Positions 25,870 to 38,731 of a stretch of 64,000 nucleotides of DNA are shown in pieces. The position numbers were made by a program, and so were the translations under genes. The stretch lies in assembly GCF_006345805.1 (NCBI RefSeq), contig NC_042998.1:95790001-95854000 (forward strand), written 5' to 3'. The first letter of the stretch is position 1, and every line of letters starts with the position of its first letter. The DNA is from Octopus sinensis. Its lineage: Eukaryota. The notes beneath the pieces are model-generated. The model did not search any database, was not told where the DNA came from, and was given only the letters and a program-made list of their open reading frames with translations.

Positions 25870-26665
25870 GCTGGAAGAGAAAAATCCTAACATCGGGCTA
25901 GTATCCTAGCTGTCCTTTATAACACTATTTTCAGGAGCTGTACTAAACTGGGTTTTATGCCTATTTCCACTATCCATCTGTTCAGATCTTCAACGATAGT
26001 TCCCTATGCACCAGTAGCTACTGGGATACATTGTATCCGCACTTTCCAGTCTCTGTAATTCAATGGCTAGGTCCGGGTTCTTTGCTATTTTTTTCTATTC
26101 CTCTCATATTGATTTTTTTATCATTTGGGACTGTAAAGTCAATTATTTGGCACTTTCTGTTTTCTTTATCTACTACTACTAAATAAGCCTTCTAGCTTCT
26201 ATACTCTGTTAGTCTGAATGTTAAAGTCTAACAACATCTTGTATTTCTTACTTTATTACACTTTACTAGGTTCATGCTCATACCATTTATTAGTATGTTC
26301 AAATACTAGCTTTCTACATAACTCCCTGTGAATTACTCTCCCTAGGTTGTCACATCTTTGCTTGTGTTCTTTCTGTGCTAGTATACTACATTCACTTACT
26401 ATATGAGTAACACTTTCCTCTTTTGATTTGCATAACCTACATTGCGAATCTACCTGGTTTTTGTCTATCTTGGCTTTTATCTAATTAGTCCTTAATGCTT
26501 GATCTTGTGCAGCTACTAACAAACTTCCTGCCTCTTTTTTCAGCTTTCCTTTCTGCAACCATACCCATGTCTCACTATTGCTATTAGCTGCAACTATGTT
26601 TGGGAATCCACCACACAATGCCTTCTCCTGCCAGTCAGATAATTTCTGTCCTTTTTTCTGGTTTT
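25870..26665 (-). pseudogene. R4/Dong-like LINE 3' fragment (zinc knuckle plus restriction-like endonuclease region)
   Basis: Minus-strand translation gives AAQDQALRTN, CRLCKSKEESVTHIVSECSILAQKEHKQRCDNLGRVIHRELC and WYEHEP. Confidence 0.8.
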
Positions 26666-26687
26666 TAACTTCGTTATTATTATTATA

Positions 26688-27022
26688 ATGGCTCAGTGGT
26701 TAGAGCGTCGAGCTTACGATCGTGAGGTTGTGAGCTCGAATCCCGGACGGGGCTGCGTGTTGTGTTCTTGAGCAAGGCACTTTATTTCACGTTGCTCCAG
26801 TTCACTCAGCTGTAGAAATGAGTTGCGACGTCACAGGTGCCAAGCTGTATCGGCCCTTGCCTTTCCCTTGGACAACATCGGTGACGTGGAGAGGGGAGGC
26901 CGGTATGCATGGGCGACTGCTGGTCTTCCATAAAAAACAACCTTGCCCAGACTTGTGCCTCAGAGGGTATCTCTCTAGGTGCAAACCCATGGTCAGTGCC
27001 TGACCGAAGGGGGTCTTTACCC
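26688..27022 (+). mobile_element. tRNA-derived SINE (family C) with (ATT)n tail
   Basis: tggctcagtggttagagcg A-box, gagctcgaatccc B-box-like, then the core shared with 6871. Confidence 0.8.
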
Positions 27023-27068
<46 letters not shown>

Positions 27069-27572
27069 GTGAGAGAGCAGTGCATGCCATCAAAGTGACA
27101 CTGAGGTGAAATATACGAAGACCAGTATACCCATCATGACTACCCGTCTGATAAGGGTACACTAGGCACATGCATCACAACCATATGTGCGCGACATGGT
27201 GATCTCATATCAAGATAAACAGCGCATGACCTTGTAGGTGGGGCTCAGTTAGAATTTTCTTCTGATTGAGTAGCCCATCCCGCTCAAAAGGTCCCTGAAT
27301 AAAGATTGTTTAAGGATGTTGAACGAACCACCCATGCTTCCAAAGGTGAATTATCCAAACATCTAAGAATTCCTTTCAACACACTGCTACGAGGCTCCCC
27401 CACTACTTCTGCTTGGGATCAGAGATGCACATAACGTCAGCCACTAAGGGACATGCTTAACTGGTTAAGGTCAAACAACTGACAAGCTAATCTGTAGTAT
27501 TGAACAGAATATTTGCTGTAGCCCATCTTTTATACCAAGACAAAACAATATATATGATAACACTTCAAATCA

Positions 27573-27845
27573 GTTAAGATCAGAAGCCACGAGAGCCACT
27601 GCCTGGTACTGCATCAGGGCATAGTTAAGATCAGAAGCCATGAGAGCCACTGCCTGGTACTGCATCAGGGCATAGTTAAGATCAGAAGCCATGAGAGCCA
27701 CTGCCTGGTACTGCATAAGGAAATTGAGATCCACTGCCTGGTACTGCATAAGGAAATTGAGATCCACTGCCTGGTACTGCATAAGGACATTGAGATCCAC
27801 TGCCTGGTACTGCATCAGGGCATTGAGAGCTACTGTCTGGTACTG

Positions 27846-27848
<3 letters not shown>
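27573..27848. repeat. Minisatellite: ~3 x 51-bp units changing to ~4 x 33-bp units around the core ccactgcctggtactgcat
   Basis: Direct reading; periodicity appears as 17-aa and 11-aa repeats in ORF 27570-27848. Confidence 0.9.
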
Positions 27849-27911
<63 letters not shown>

Positions 27912-28346
27912 ACATCATTATTATCGTTACTATGATTACGAATATTATTATTACTGTAGGTGTAGAAAGAAAAATTATTGTTGTTATTGTTGTTGTTGGG
28001 TTTAATTTGAATGGTCGTATTTGCTTTGTTCTCTGCAGTATTTTCGGATGATATCCTTTTAGTGCTTGCAAGATGAAATGTTTTTGCATTTTCTTTTTAC
28101 CTAGGAGAAACCTTTAAAGAGATATTGCGTCCAAACCGTTTAGCCTGAGGTGAAGAAAATGCAGTTTACTTTTGAAAATTTGGGGTTTTAATATTTGTAT
28201 ACATTTCAGTTTCTATTGTGTACGGACTTATGTGTTGGATCGTTGAGAAGACATTATCACAGCTGAGTTGGGTGAATAGACATTTGAATTAATTTTTTAC
28301 AATCTAGCCGTCCTTTCAAACAGAATTTCATCTATCTGTAAACTCT

Positions 28347-28426
28347 GGCTCTGATGAGAATTATATATAAGGGAATTGTTTATATATATATAAAAAAATG
28401 TAATAAGTCGAAACAAATTGTCGGCC
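28347..28426 (+). ncRNA. Type I hammerhead ribozyme with canonical core
   Basis: GGCU CUGAUGA GA(A)UUAU...AUAA(G)UC GAAAC AAAUU GUC GGCC; stem I GGCU/GGCC, stem III ACA/UGU, GUC cleavage triplet at 28420-28422. Confidence 0.7.
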
Positions 28427-29959
28427 TTTTGATTTTTTAATAATTTTTCATATTATCTTATTTTATGTTATATTATATATTATATTCATAGAATATTATA
28501 TTATATTATAATATAAATTATTGGATTGTCAATTGTGTCTCTCTATTTAATTTTATCTATCTCCCTCTCTCTGACTCTTTCTCTATATGTGTATATATAT
28601 ATATATATGTATGTTGTATGTATGTATGTATTTATGTATGCATGTATGTATGTATGTATGTATGTATGTATGTATGTATGTATGTATGTATGTATGTATA
28701 GGTATGGCGATACAAACAGGAAAAATAGAATTCAAAATGACTATATATATATTTTTTTTATTTATGTACGAATTTCTGTATGCTTGTGTGAAAACGAGCG
28801 CAAGTTTTCCTATGCTTATTTATTCATTCATTTATGTATTTGTTTATCAAACAGCATGACGGTTTATTTGAAAAATATGAATTATCCATGATACACTGTA
28901 ATTGTTTTTATAATTTATTCTAGAACAAACCAAAGAAAAATAAATTTTCACCTATGTGTGTGTGTGTGTGTGTGTGTGTAGTTAAATTTTTTGTTAAATC
29001 GAGTACCGTATCCCACCGTCAAGCGTAGCAGTTCATCAAGCAGAGATCTATAAAATAAATGCCATATTGAAATATGTACTGAGGTCAGTTGTGATCAATT
29101 AAATTTTTGAAAGTGATATCCCATCGTAGCAACAGTCGAAAGACTAAACCCAGTAAAATAATGTTTAAAGTCTTAATGGCTTTAAATTTAAGGTAATGGG
29201 TTACAAACCACAAGACAGTGAGTTCAAAACTTTGTATTGAACTTACACTGTATACGATAAACACTATATGTACATCTCAGTCTACTTGACTTCCAACAAT
29301 TAACAATTGTAATTTGACGTTACATGGTTAGCAGTAAGAAAGATTTCTTTAAAAATTATTGTGCATAATATTCTGAGTAAAAGTACTTTTATCACCACAA
29401 CAAAACACACACACACACATACACACACACGCATACATACAAACATACAGATACACACACACACACACACACCGCTGTCTCTGTGGTAACTTGAGCTACT
29501 ACAAATAGCAGACAAACGCACACACACTTAAAACACACATTTTCATCACAGGAAGGACACAGATTTACAGTATTTCAGGAAGAAAACAAAAATTGAGCTG
29601 CCGATTTTGACGTATCAGGTATCAAAAGATTCAATAACCTTTCGGCAACAAATAAAGAATGTTTTTTCACAACTCATTTTACGACAAAAAAAAAAAAAAT
29701 AATAATAAATAATAATCAGCACCTTCACCATCCTCCGTCTAACAGAACTTGTTCGTAATCTCAATTGTTTCGCCCTTGCAGGCAAGGTCTACAAACAGAC
29801 ACAAGAGTGAATGGGCTCTAATTTCACCAATTAATTTGCTGGCTGATCCTAACCCACTGCTATGCGGCACGTTACACTACACCTCTTCTTCGCGAAGAGC
29901 TAAACGATTTCATCTTCTTCGTCAGCTCCTTTCACCTCTCTCTCCACTTCATGACCTCC

Positions 29960-30420
29960 ATTTCCGATACCTTAATTTCCTCGACATTGTTGTTGCTATC
30001 GACCGTCCTACGTCCACCCTCACCCCTTCTATTTTCTATCAGCTAATCAAATCCTACTCCTACCTTGACTTTTCCTCCTCCTACGCCATCTACACCGAGA
30101 CGCCATCCCCTATTCCTATTCCCTTTGTCTCCACCGTATTTCCAGCTACAACCATGACTTTGAGAACCAGGTTCAACACACCGCCTGTCTATTTTCATCT
30201 TCGTTATACGAGCTGCCCCTCCTCGTACCCGTGCGATTGATCGCACCTCAGCCCTTACACCCCGCCTCCGGAACCCAACCCACGCACCTTCTTTCTTTTC
30301 GTGTACCACTCTGCTACCCCGCCATTACAACTCATCTTTCTTCGCCTCTTCTGCAATTTACAATTTGACTCTGCCACTTCTGGCTTATTTTCTCTCCCAC
30401 TCATTCCTAGTTTCCTCGTC
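29960..30420 (+). pseudogene. Highly decayed Penelope-like RT C-terminal fragment
   Basis: LNFLDIVV...LTPSIFYQLIKSYSYLDFSSSY resembles the PLE FLD...L.TS.Y.KPT...YL...S.HP motif. Confidence 0.5.
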
Positions 30421-30569
30421 CACAGCTCCTCACTCTGCACTCCCCGGCTTAACTTTGATTCTTTCCCACATCCCTCATACATTAAATGTAGTTGTTTACC
30501 ACCCAAGAACAGAAATGATACTTCCAATGGGTTTCCTTATAGTTTCTGTGTACTAAATTGTGAGAGCGT

Positions 30570-30968
30570 GGAGACACATGACCTAGTGGTTAGAGCAGCG
30601 GACTCGCGGTCGAGAGATCGTGGGTTTGAATCTCAGACCGGGCGATGCGTGTGTTTATGAGCGAAACACCTATATATTTGTGTGTGTGTTTGTGTGTCTG
30701 TGTTTGTCCCCCCCCCCCAACATCGCTTGACATCCGATGCTGGTGTGTTTACGTCCCCGTCACTTAGCGGTTCGGCAAAAGAGACCGATAGAATAAGTAC
30801 TAGGCTTACAAAGAATAAGTCCTGGGGTCGGTGCTCTAGCATGGCCATAGTCAAATGATTTAAACAAGTAAAAGAGTAATGGTAGAAAGCACTTGCCCAA
30901 GGTACTGCGCAGAAGGATCGCAGCTAAAACCATGGAGTTGCGAAGCAAATTTCTTTAACCCACAGCCA
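30570..30968. mobile_element. Cluster of SINE fragments (family D head, family A tail, inverted family A head)
   Basis: Matches to the 10752 and 10355 families. Confidence 0.75.
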
Positions 30969-31939
30969 TAACTAACATTTCCAAATTCAAAATTTATTAA
31001 GTCTGTTACTCTTCGAATGAGGATCCAGGATATAAGTCTTCTTTTCCTAATCAATATTTTAAAAGTAGTCCACAGTTGTAAGACATCACGTCTAGAACAT
31101 CTCCCATTGCTCCGTTCCCAGTCAGAGTCATTCTCATTGAACTGGTTCGGGATTTCCGTAATTTTGGTGGTGATGACAATGTAGTATTCAGTAGGAAGAA
31201 TCATCCCTATTGTTACTCATCTATAGTCATAGATTCAAACTACTTTTAGTAGTGCTGCCAACTAATCTTTGCAGCTGTTTGATAATTAAACTCTTAATAT
31301 GAGAATCTAATAACTTCCCCGAATGTGGGACATTGATATTGTGCTTTCTCCTTTCGGTGGCAGGCCCAAAGATGTCGTTAATGTTGGTAGTATGTTTTCG
31401 CAAAATTCCGGAAAATTATTGCATACTTCCGGCCATAACTCTTCCAAACTCTTTTCATGAAATTCTCAGTTTCTTTTACCAATCTGTTTTGATATAATAT
31501 ATGGCATCCCTGATATGGTAGTTTTCCCAAAAGTCCCTCATGAATTTATTTATTTTGGCTAGCTGTTTTCTCCATACATTGTTAGAAAGTACATCAAAAG
31601 TAGTAAGACTTAATGTTAGAGATTACACTCTGCGGAATGGGTTACAATAAGGCAGTGATATTTGGTGATTAGTAAACTACTTTGAGAGAAATGCAAGCCT
31701 GAAAGAATACAGAGATTCTAGGAATGACCTGGAGTGCTTTAGATTCAAAGCTATGTTCTTTGCAATATCTTTTCACTGATGTGCAAAAGTATGACACATG
31801 CCAGTGTTAGATATTTTTATTGTCATCAAAACCTTGACTGATTTCCAAATCGCAGAAAGATATGTTTTTGATATTTTCCTCATTGGCCGTGGGATTTCTG
31901 AAAGAAAACGAGTTACTTGAAGCGTCACGTCCAGGAAGT

Positions 31940-31952
31940 ACTAGTAGTCGCA

Positions 31953-31998
<46 letters not shown>

Positions 31999-32183
31999 CA
32001 GCAACAGCAGTAGCAGCAGCAGCACTACTACTAGTAGTAGTAGTAGTAGTAGCAGCAGCAGCAGCGGCACTTGTAGTAGTATTAGCGGTAGTCGTACTAG
32101 CAGCAGCAAAAGCAACAACAGTAGCAGCAGTAACAGCAGCAAAAACAGCATCAGCAGTAACAGCAGCAGCATTAGTAGTAGTA
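31940..32183. repeat. (AGC)n/(AGT)n trinucleotide microsatellite
   Basis: Direct reading; the poly-S/L/A ORFs are artefacts. Confidence 0.95.
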
Positions 32184-33464
32184 CTGGCCATGACTCCAGA
32201 AACGTATTTTTTCTTCTCAGCAGATAAAAGTGTATGATGGCGTACTTTTTCAAATAGGGTCTGTTCTTGTTTCCTCGGTAATAAATATAAGCCGGAGAGA
32301 ATCAAACTTTGAAGAACCCGAGGAATTTATTTAGCTACCGGCTACTTGGATGTCTTTTATTTGTAGCTTCACCAGGTATTTAAATGTTGTACAGGTTATG
32401 CCACCATTTGAATTTATGAAACCAAACTCCGTTATCTATGAATGCTTCTGAGCTGTAAAAATGATCATGACCCAAAGGTCACAGTCTGAACCAACATTTC
32501 TGATTGTGACCTTTGTGTTTATTCTATCCATTTTACTGCAGGGTAATTTTCAGAGAAAGCGTGTGTCGCACAAGCCTTGTTTGACTTTTCAACCTGTTTT
32601 TGGGTTGATGAAAGATGTAGGGTCGAAAAACTGTAAGATTGTTGGGATCGATAAAAGTTATGTGATAACAAAACATGTGTAAATACCTCATTATTTATAT
32701 TGTTATATTAACTGAATGAGTGCAAGTAAAATTGGAAAGTGGGTAAATATAGTTTGAAACAGGAACAAAATAGTTATAGCTTTAACTACTCGTTTTGTTA
32801 CATAATTTAAGGACAATTCATTGCTGATATTTAGTTGAGAGATAATTAGATACCGCATTATTCGTAGACTGGATGTTTCTATTATGCTTTCTATGAGATA
32901 AATTCGTGTTGCAGAATATTCTTGAAACAATTTCAAATTCAGTGAAATACAATACTTTAATTAGGGCATGTTTTATATAATTTAGAAATAAATGTTATCT
33001 TTATAGATTTGGAGCGTTATATATGTTGAAATTGATACATTGCTCTATGCAAGTATGCTTGTGCTTATTTGTAAAATTTTAACCTACTTTTTATCTAAGA
33101 TAATTATACTTCAGTGTCTCGCAATGTTAACATGTTGCTATATGAATTTTATAATTCTTACAGCTGTAAATATTAAACAGTTAACTTATCGAAAACTCTT
33201 CAACCATTGATAAGAAACAAATACAATAATACCCCACTTAGCACTATCTCGTTTAGTGCTAATCAGCTTTAACATTCACTTTCTACTTTTCGTTCTTGCA
33301 GACAATATATTTAGTGGTTTACTATCCACTATCTTTTATATGAGCCCTCAGTGGTTAATAAGGAAAAGATAATAATAACTTGCGTTTTATAAATTTACTT
33401 GTATTTTGAAGCATATATTTTCATAACATTATTGCATAATGTTAAAGGGTTTTATATTAGTTTA

Positions 33465-33805
33465 CAAATTTTGGTACAAGGACAGCAAACTCGGGAGAGG
33501 AGAGGAGTCGTTTACATCGACCCCAGTACTCAACTGGTACCTCATTTTATCGACCCCAAAAGATGTAAAGATATGGACGAAATGTCGCGAAGCATTTTGT
33601 GCGGTGTGCTAACGATTCTGCCAGTTCGCCGTCGCAGAAGTTCTATTTATTTCTTTGTTGCCCACAGAGGGCTAAACATAAAGGGGACAAACAAGGACAG
33701 ACATAGGGAATAAGTCGGTTACATCGACCCCAGTGGATGAAAGGATGAAAGGCAAAGTCGACCTCGGTGGAATTTGAACTCAGTACGTAACGGCAGACGA
33801 AATAC
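33465..33805 (-). mobile_element. Two adjacent family B SINE copies
   Basis: tacatcgaccccagt...gtcgacctcggtggaatttgaactcag cores; tail atttctttgttgcccacag. Confidence 0.8.
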
Positions 33806-36062
33806 CAATCTTTTTATTGCCCACCGGGCCAAACATAGAAATGGACAGAACTGATGGGATCAGTAATTCGATATGATTTTACATATAATGTGACTTTAAA
33901 AATTTAAATACAATGTAAAAAAATCGACTGAAATGAACAGTACAAAGACAATACAATTGAAGCGATGATCAGGCCACGGTCCGACCCCACTTACTCCCGA
34001 TCTATCGCTGGTACCTTTATTTTTGTTCTTTTTTTTCTCGTCTTATTCACATGGTTCCTTTTACGCACAGCACTCGTGCAACATGCTTCCATCTTTTTTA
34101 GAACACATTCTCCGACAGGCATCTCTTCTCCAGCCACACCTTCCTTTTCAAGTGAAAAGTGAAAAACGATCTTTACTCGTGGCCGGAGATAAAGTTACTC
34201 GTCTTAATTCCTTTTATCCTAGTCTTCCATACTGCTTCCTTCGCTATTGCAACAGCAGTGAGAAAACAATTCTTACCTTCATTTGTTAAAAATTCCGGTG
34301 GGTCAATTTTTAAAATTGACCCAGTCGACAGCTGTACTCTTCCTTCGCCGGACAACAAGTGTTCAGTATAAACCCACCTTGCAGATATCTCCGGGCACTG
34401 GACAATAGCGCGAGGGACGGTTTCCCTATCTCCCCCGCATCTTGGACAGGTCGGAGAGTGAGATTTTCCATGTCTTGCGAGTTTATCCCAAACGGACAAG
34501 ACGCTCCTGTAACATTGCCAGGTCAAGGACTTATGGAAATTGTCCAACGTTCTCAACCCGAATGTACGGTGGAACAGGCTGTCGAGTTGAATATACCAGA
34601 GACCTAGAGTCGTCCCCAAGCCATCGTCACATTCAAACTCTACCAACCCACTATATAAAAAACGTGTAGAACCCCCACCGCTGGCGTTGCCCGAGCGACG
34701 GAATATCAGGAGGGCCTTTCGACACTCCATATGCCACTTACTCGACCTCGATCTACAAGAACACCAGGCTTCCTGTTCGCAAAACCTTTTGAACTCAGAG
34801 AACATTTGTCTGGCCAGCGGAAACCACATCCGTTCACCATCCAGGAGAATCCAGAGATGCCTCAACCTCAACGCATGCCTACGCATTATTAACCAAGGCA
34901 CCCCTGAACCTCCCTTTAACGGCTTCTGACAACAGATAGAGTGTTTCACAAGTGGCGACTTGCCCTTCCACAAAAAGCGAAAGAGCTGCCTCTCCAACCT
35001 GATCACCCACGAATCCGGACAGGGCATGACGGTCAGGCGGTAGGTAATGACCGATGCGATAAACACATTGGCCGCCTCTGCCCTCCTTTTCAGGGATAAC
35101 CACCGCCAAGACCAGGTCTTGACTATTGCAGCCATCCCGCTCGAAACCACCGTCCAGTTCTTCTCTATCTGGAGGCCTGGTCCAAACCAGACTCCCAGCA
35201 ATTTAACCGGTCCCTCCGTCCAGCGCCCAACAACGCTGTCTGAAGGCATCGACTTGCCAACCCAGGTGCCGAGCTGCAAGCCAACCGACTTTTCCCAGTT
35301 GATCTTTGCTCCTGCCACCGTCTCGTAAACCTCAAAAGCCTTACCCACTTCACGTAGGCGTGCTACTGTGGTAACGCTGATAGCGATATCGTCCGCGTAA
35401 GCTGAAACAAACTCCTCTAGTCCTGGTTCTCTCGGGATGTCAGTCAACTTTCGCAGTAGGAGCTCAAAAGCCACCACATACAAAAGTGGTGAGAGCGGAC
35501 ATCCTTGACGAACCGAGCGTCTGATGCAGAACGGTTTCGAAAGGAAACCGTTCACCCGAACTATAGAGTCAATGTTGTGATACAGAGCGATGAACCACCT
35601 GAGGAAGTCAAGGCCCAGGCCAAACAGCGCAAGCACAGTCGCCAGGTATCGATGGTCGACCCTATCAAAAGCTTTAGATTGATCTAAATGCACCAATGCC
35701 CCACCTGTGCCAGAGTTATCACCAACCCATTCTATGGTATAGCAAGTAAGATGGAGATTATCCTGAATGGTTCTGCTTGGGATTACACATGTCTGTGCCT
35801 CTCCGACTATACCATTCGCGACACGCACCAACATTTTTGCTAAAACCTTGGCCAAAATCTTCACTTCTGCGTTTAACAGAGTGATGGGCCTGAAATTATC
35901 TAAAACGTCCCCCTTGTCCGGGTCCTTTCTGATCAACGTCACCTCTTCCCGGCGCACAAATCTGGGGATAAACCCATTCTGTTGCCAGTTCGCGTACACG
36001 CTAGCCAGTGGGTGCCCGAACAAGTCTGGTATACGCCACAGAAACCGGGAAACCGGGCCCAT
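33806..36062 (-). mobile_element. 5'-truncated Tx1/L1-clade LINE
   Basis: RT ORF plus 3' UTR ending ggcccggtgggcaataaaaagattg. Confidence 0.9.
34173..36062 (-). CDS. LINE ORF2 reverse transcriptase plus C-terminal zinc-finger region (no APE domain; 5'-truncated)
   Basis: 629 open codons with NFRPITLLNAEVKILAKVLA, LDQSKAFDRVDH, SVRQGCPLSPLLY, YADD and CPRCGGDRETVPRAIVQC. Confidence 0.9.
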   Translation of the reverse strand: MGPVSRFLWRIPDLFGHPLASVYANWQQNGFIPRFVRREEVTLIRKDPDKGDVLDNFRPITLLNAEVKILAKVLAKMLVRVANGIVGEAQTCVIPSRTIQDNLHLTCYTIEWVGDNSGTGGALVHLDQSKAFDRVDHRYLATVLALFGLGLDFLRWFIALYHNIDSIVRVNGFLSKPFCIRRSVRQGCPLSPLLYVVAFELLLRKLTDIPREPGLEEFVSAYADDIAISVTTVARLREVGKAFEVYETVAGAKINWEKSVGLQLGTWVGKSMPSDSVVGRWTEGPVKLLGVWFGPGLQIEKNWTVVSSGMAAIVKTWSWRWLSLKRRAEAANVFIASVITYRLTVMPCPDSWVIRLERQLFRFLWKGKSPLVKHSICCQKPLKGGSGVPWLIMRRHALRLRHLWILLDGERMWFPLARQMFSEFKRFCEQEAWCSCRSRSSKWHMECRKALLIFRRSGNASGGGSTRFLYSGLVEFECDDGLGTTLGLWYIQLDSLFHRTFGLRTLDNFHKSLTWQCYRSVLSVWDKLARHGKSHSPTCPRCGGDRETVPRAIVQCPEISARWVYTEHLLSGEGRVQLSTGSILKIDPPEFLTNEGKNCFLTAVAIAKEAVWKTRIKGIKTSNFISGHE

Positions 36063-36159
36063 GAGCCTGGCTAGGCTTGAAAAGGGCGCATTAAAAAAAA
36101 TAATTAATAAATTGCTTTAATATATATTTAGTAACGGTTTCCCGGTTTATTTATACCAT

Positions 36160-36338
36160 AGCAGCATTTCGTCCGTTTTCACGCTCTACGTTCAAATTCC
36201 GCAGAGGTCGACTTTGCCATTCATCATCCTTCGGGGTTAATAAAATAAGTACCTGTTGAGCACCGTAGTCGATGTAATAGACTTACCCACTCCTCGAAAC
36301 TACTGGCCTTGTGCCTAAATCTGAAACCATTATTATTA

Positions 36339-36375
<37 letters not shown>

Positions 36376-36386
36376 CATTATTATTA

Positions 36387-36457
<71 letters not shown>

Positions 36458-36460
36458 GTG
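36160..36460 (+). mobile_element. Family B-related SINE with (ATT)n/(ACT)n tail
   Basis: gttcaaattccgcagaggtcgactttgcc core; similar copies at 37235-37590 and 37600-38010. Confidence 0.75.
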
Positions 36461-37403
36461 AGACTCGTGGAAATTACACAGAATGGAAAAAAATTAAGAG
36501 GACTTCTTTAAGAAAGAAAGGATGATTTGCATTTTTATAGCAGTAATAGTTTAGCCTTCTTTAAATATTCTTGACGTTCGTCTACATTCATTTCCTCACG
36601 TCTCTGTGAGTGTTGTCTTTTCCCTCTTTTAATTATATTTTCTTGCTGTTCCTCTCTGAACCGTGCTCTGTATCTGCGCATCCCTTCTCGGGCAGCTTGC
36701 GACCATGTTTCTTGTAAATCCAGAGTTTTAGATAAATTAGCCCGTATAAGCAAATATGAATTTTTTAAGCGAACTGGCGATAAATAGTTGCACTTATGAG
36801 CATGCTTTAAGCAATGGTCGCTTAAAAGAAATTAGTTCAATAAAAAAAAATACTTTTCACTATCAACACACCACTACCATCACCACTATCTGCCTCCCCC
36901 TCTCTCTTAATATAACTCCCCCCCTGTACATCTCTTTCTCTGTCTACCTTCCCCTTCAACTAAATCTTTAACTACGTAATAAGTATTCCTTGCCCACCCC
37001 ACCGCACGTCGTTAACATTCTTCTTTCCCTCTTTTTCTCTAGTTCTTCGCCTCTACCTTTAGCTGACCACGTGACCACTTGGCCGAATTGTATTAATATA
37101 AATCCCCTTTCTCTACTTCTTTCTTCTCTTATCCCTCCCCCTCTCTCTTTCTCTCTCTCTTACTCCACCTATCTAACTAACTAATGTATAACGGGCGAAC
37201 GAGCAAGCAAATTATTATATAGATTATTATTGCCGGGCAAACTGTTTACCAACAGTTCGTTCGTCGCTACGTTTCGAGTTCAAATTCCGCCGAGGTTGAC
37301 TTTGCCTTTCATCTTTTCGGGGTCGATAAATTAAGTACCAGTCAAGTACTAGGATCGATTTCCCCCTACCCACATAAATCCAGGCCTTGTGTCTATAGTA
37401 AAA

Positions 37404-37455
<52 letters not shown>

Positions 37456-37456
37456 G

Positions 37457-37546
<90 letters not shown>

Positions 37547-37549
37547 TAC

Positions 37550-37587
<38 letters not shown>

Positions 37588-38665
37588 GTGCAGTGGAATG
37601 TGGTGAGCTGCCAGAATCGTTAGCACGCTAGACAAAATACTTAGCATTTCGTCTCGCCCTTGTTCTAAGTTCAAATTCCACCGAGTACAACTTTACTCCT
37701 CATCCTTTCGGGGTGGATGAAAAAAGTACCAGATAAGCATTGGTTTGGATGAATCGACTAGCACCATTCCACCAAATTTCAAGCCTTGTGCCTTTAATAG
37801 AAAGGATTATTAAGGCGGTCGCTAGCAGAATCGTTAGCAATATTTTTTCCCTCTCTTTACCTTCTATGTTCAAATCTCACCGAGGTCTACTTTACTTTCA
37901 ACCATTTGTGGTCAATAAAATAAAGTATAAGTCAAGCACTGGAGTCGATGAGGTTGACTTAACCAGTGAAGGAAAGATTGCTGGTTTTGTACCTAAATTA
38001 GAAAGTATTGTTATTATTGTTGTCATCGCTGTTGTAGTTGCTGTCACCAGAGTAGTGAGACATACTTTTGTTGAGCTCAGAAAGCTTTTGAATTTGAAAG
38101 ATATGAACGAACAATGATATTTTTTTATATATAATTTTTTTTTATTATTCTGCTATCATGGGATAATGTTAACTAGTGAAGTTTGTTTCTTAACAAAAGA
38201 AAAATACTGGTTTATATATTCTTATATATTCATTTTTACATTTTCAGCTTTTCTCTTCGGTGATATGTAAAATAGGTGTCTGCGACAATAACAAAACATT
38301 CGTCTGTTAAAATGCCTCCTACAAAAAAAAAAAAAAATGGAAAAAGGGCTTTTAATAGACGAATGTGACTAAAACGAGAATACTATTTTATTGTCACAAG
38401 CCACGCAAAAAGGCGGGGAAAATGACAGACTTTTAGTAAAAATAATAGCACAATATTATTATATGCTGAAGGATTGAGTCGTTTCCTTTTTCATCCGACA
38501 CAGAAGATGTTGATGGTTTGATGGATACATTTCGGTGCACCTATGCGAACGGTGGTGAACGAGAAGTGATATGGTGGAGACCCTGTTGTTCTAATTCGAC
38601 CCAACCAAGACGTTCTCCAGAAAACATGTAAATATGTACATATAAATAAATAAATATATATATAT

Positions 38666-38731
<66 letters not shown>

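Noticed and set aside
27573-27848. CRISPR-like repeat-spacer appearance
   Set aside because: The 'spacers' are themselves repeated, there are no cas genes and the context is eukaryotic; it is a minisatellite
32600-32640. HHR-like ttgatga...gtcgaaaaactgta
   Set aside because: No convincing stem I or stem III; similar weak cases at ~11190 and ~62620 were also not called
36535-37210. Possible Helitron remnant or charged helical ORF
   Set aside because: No diagnostic Rep/helicase motif and no clean TC...CTAG ends
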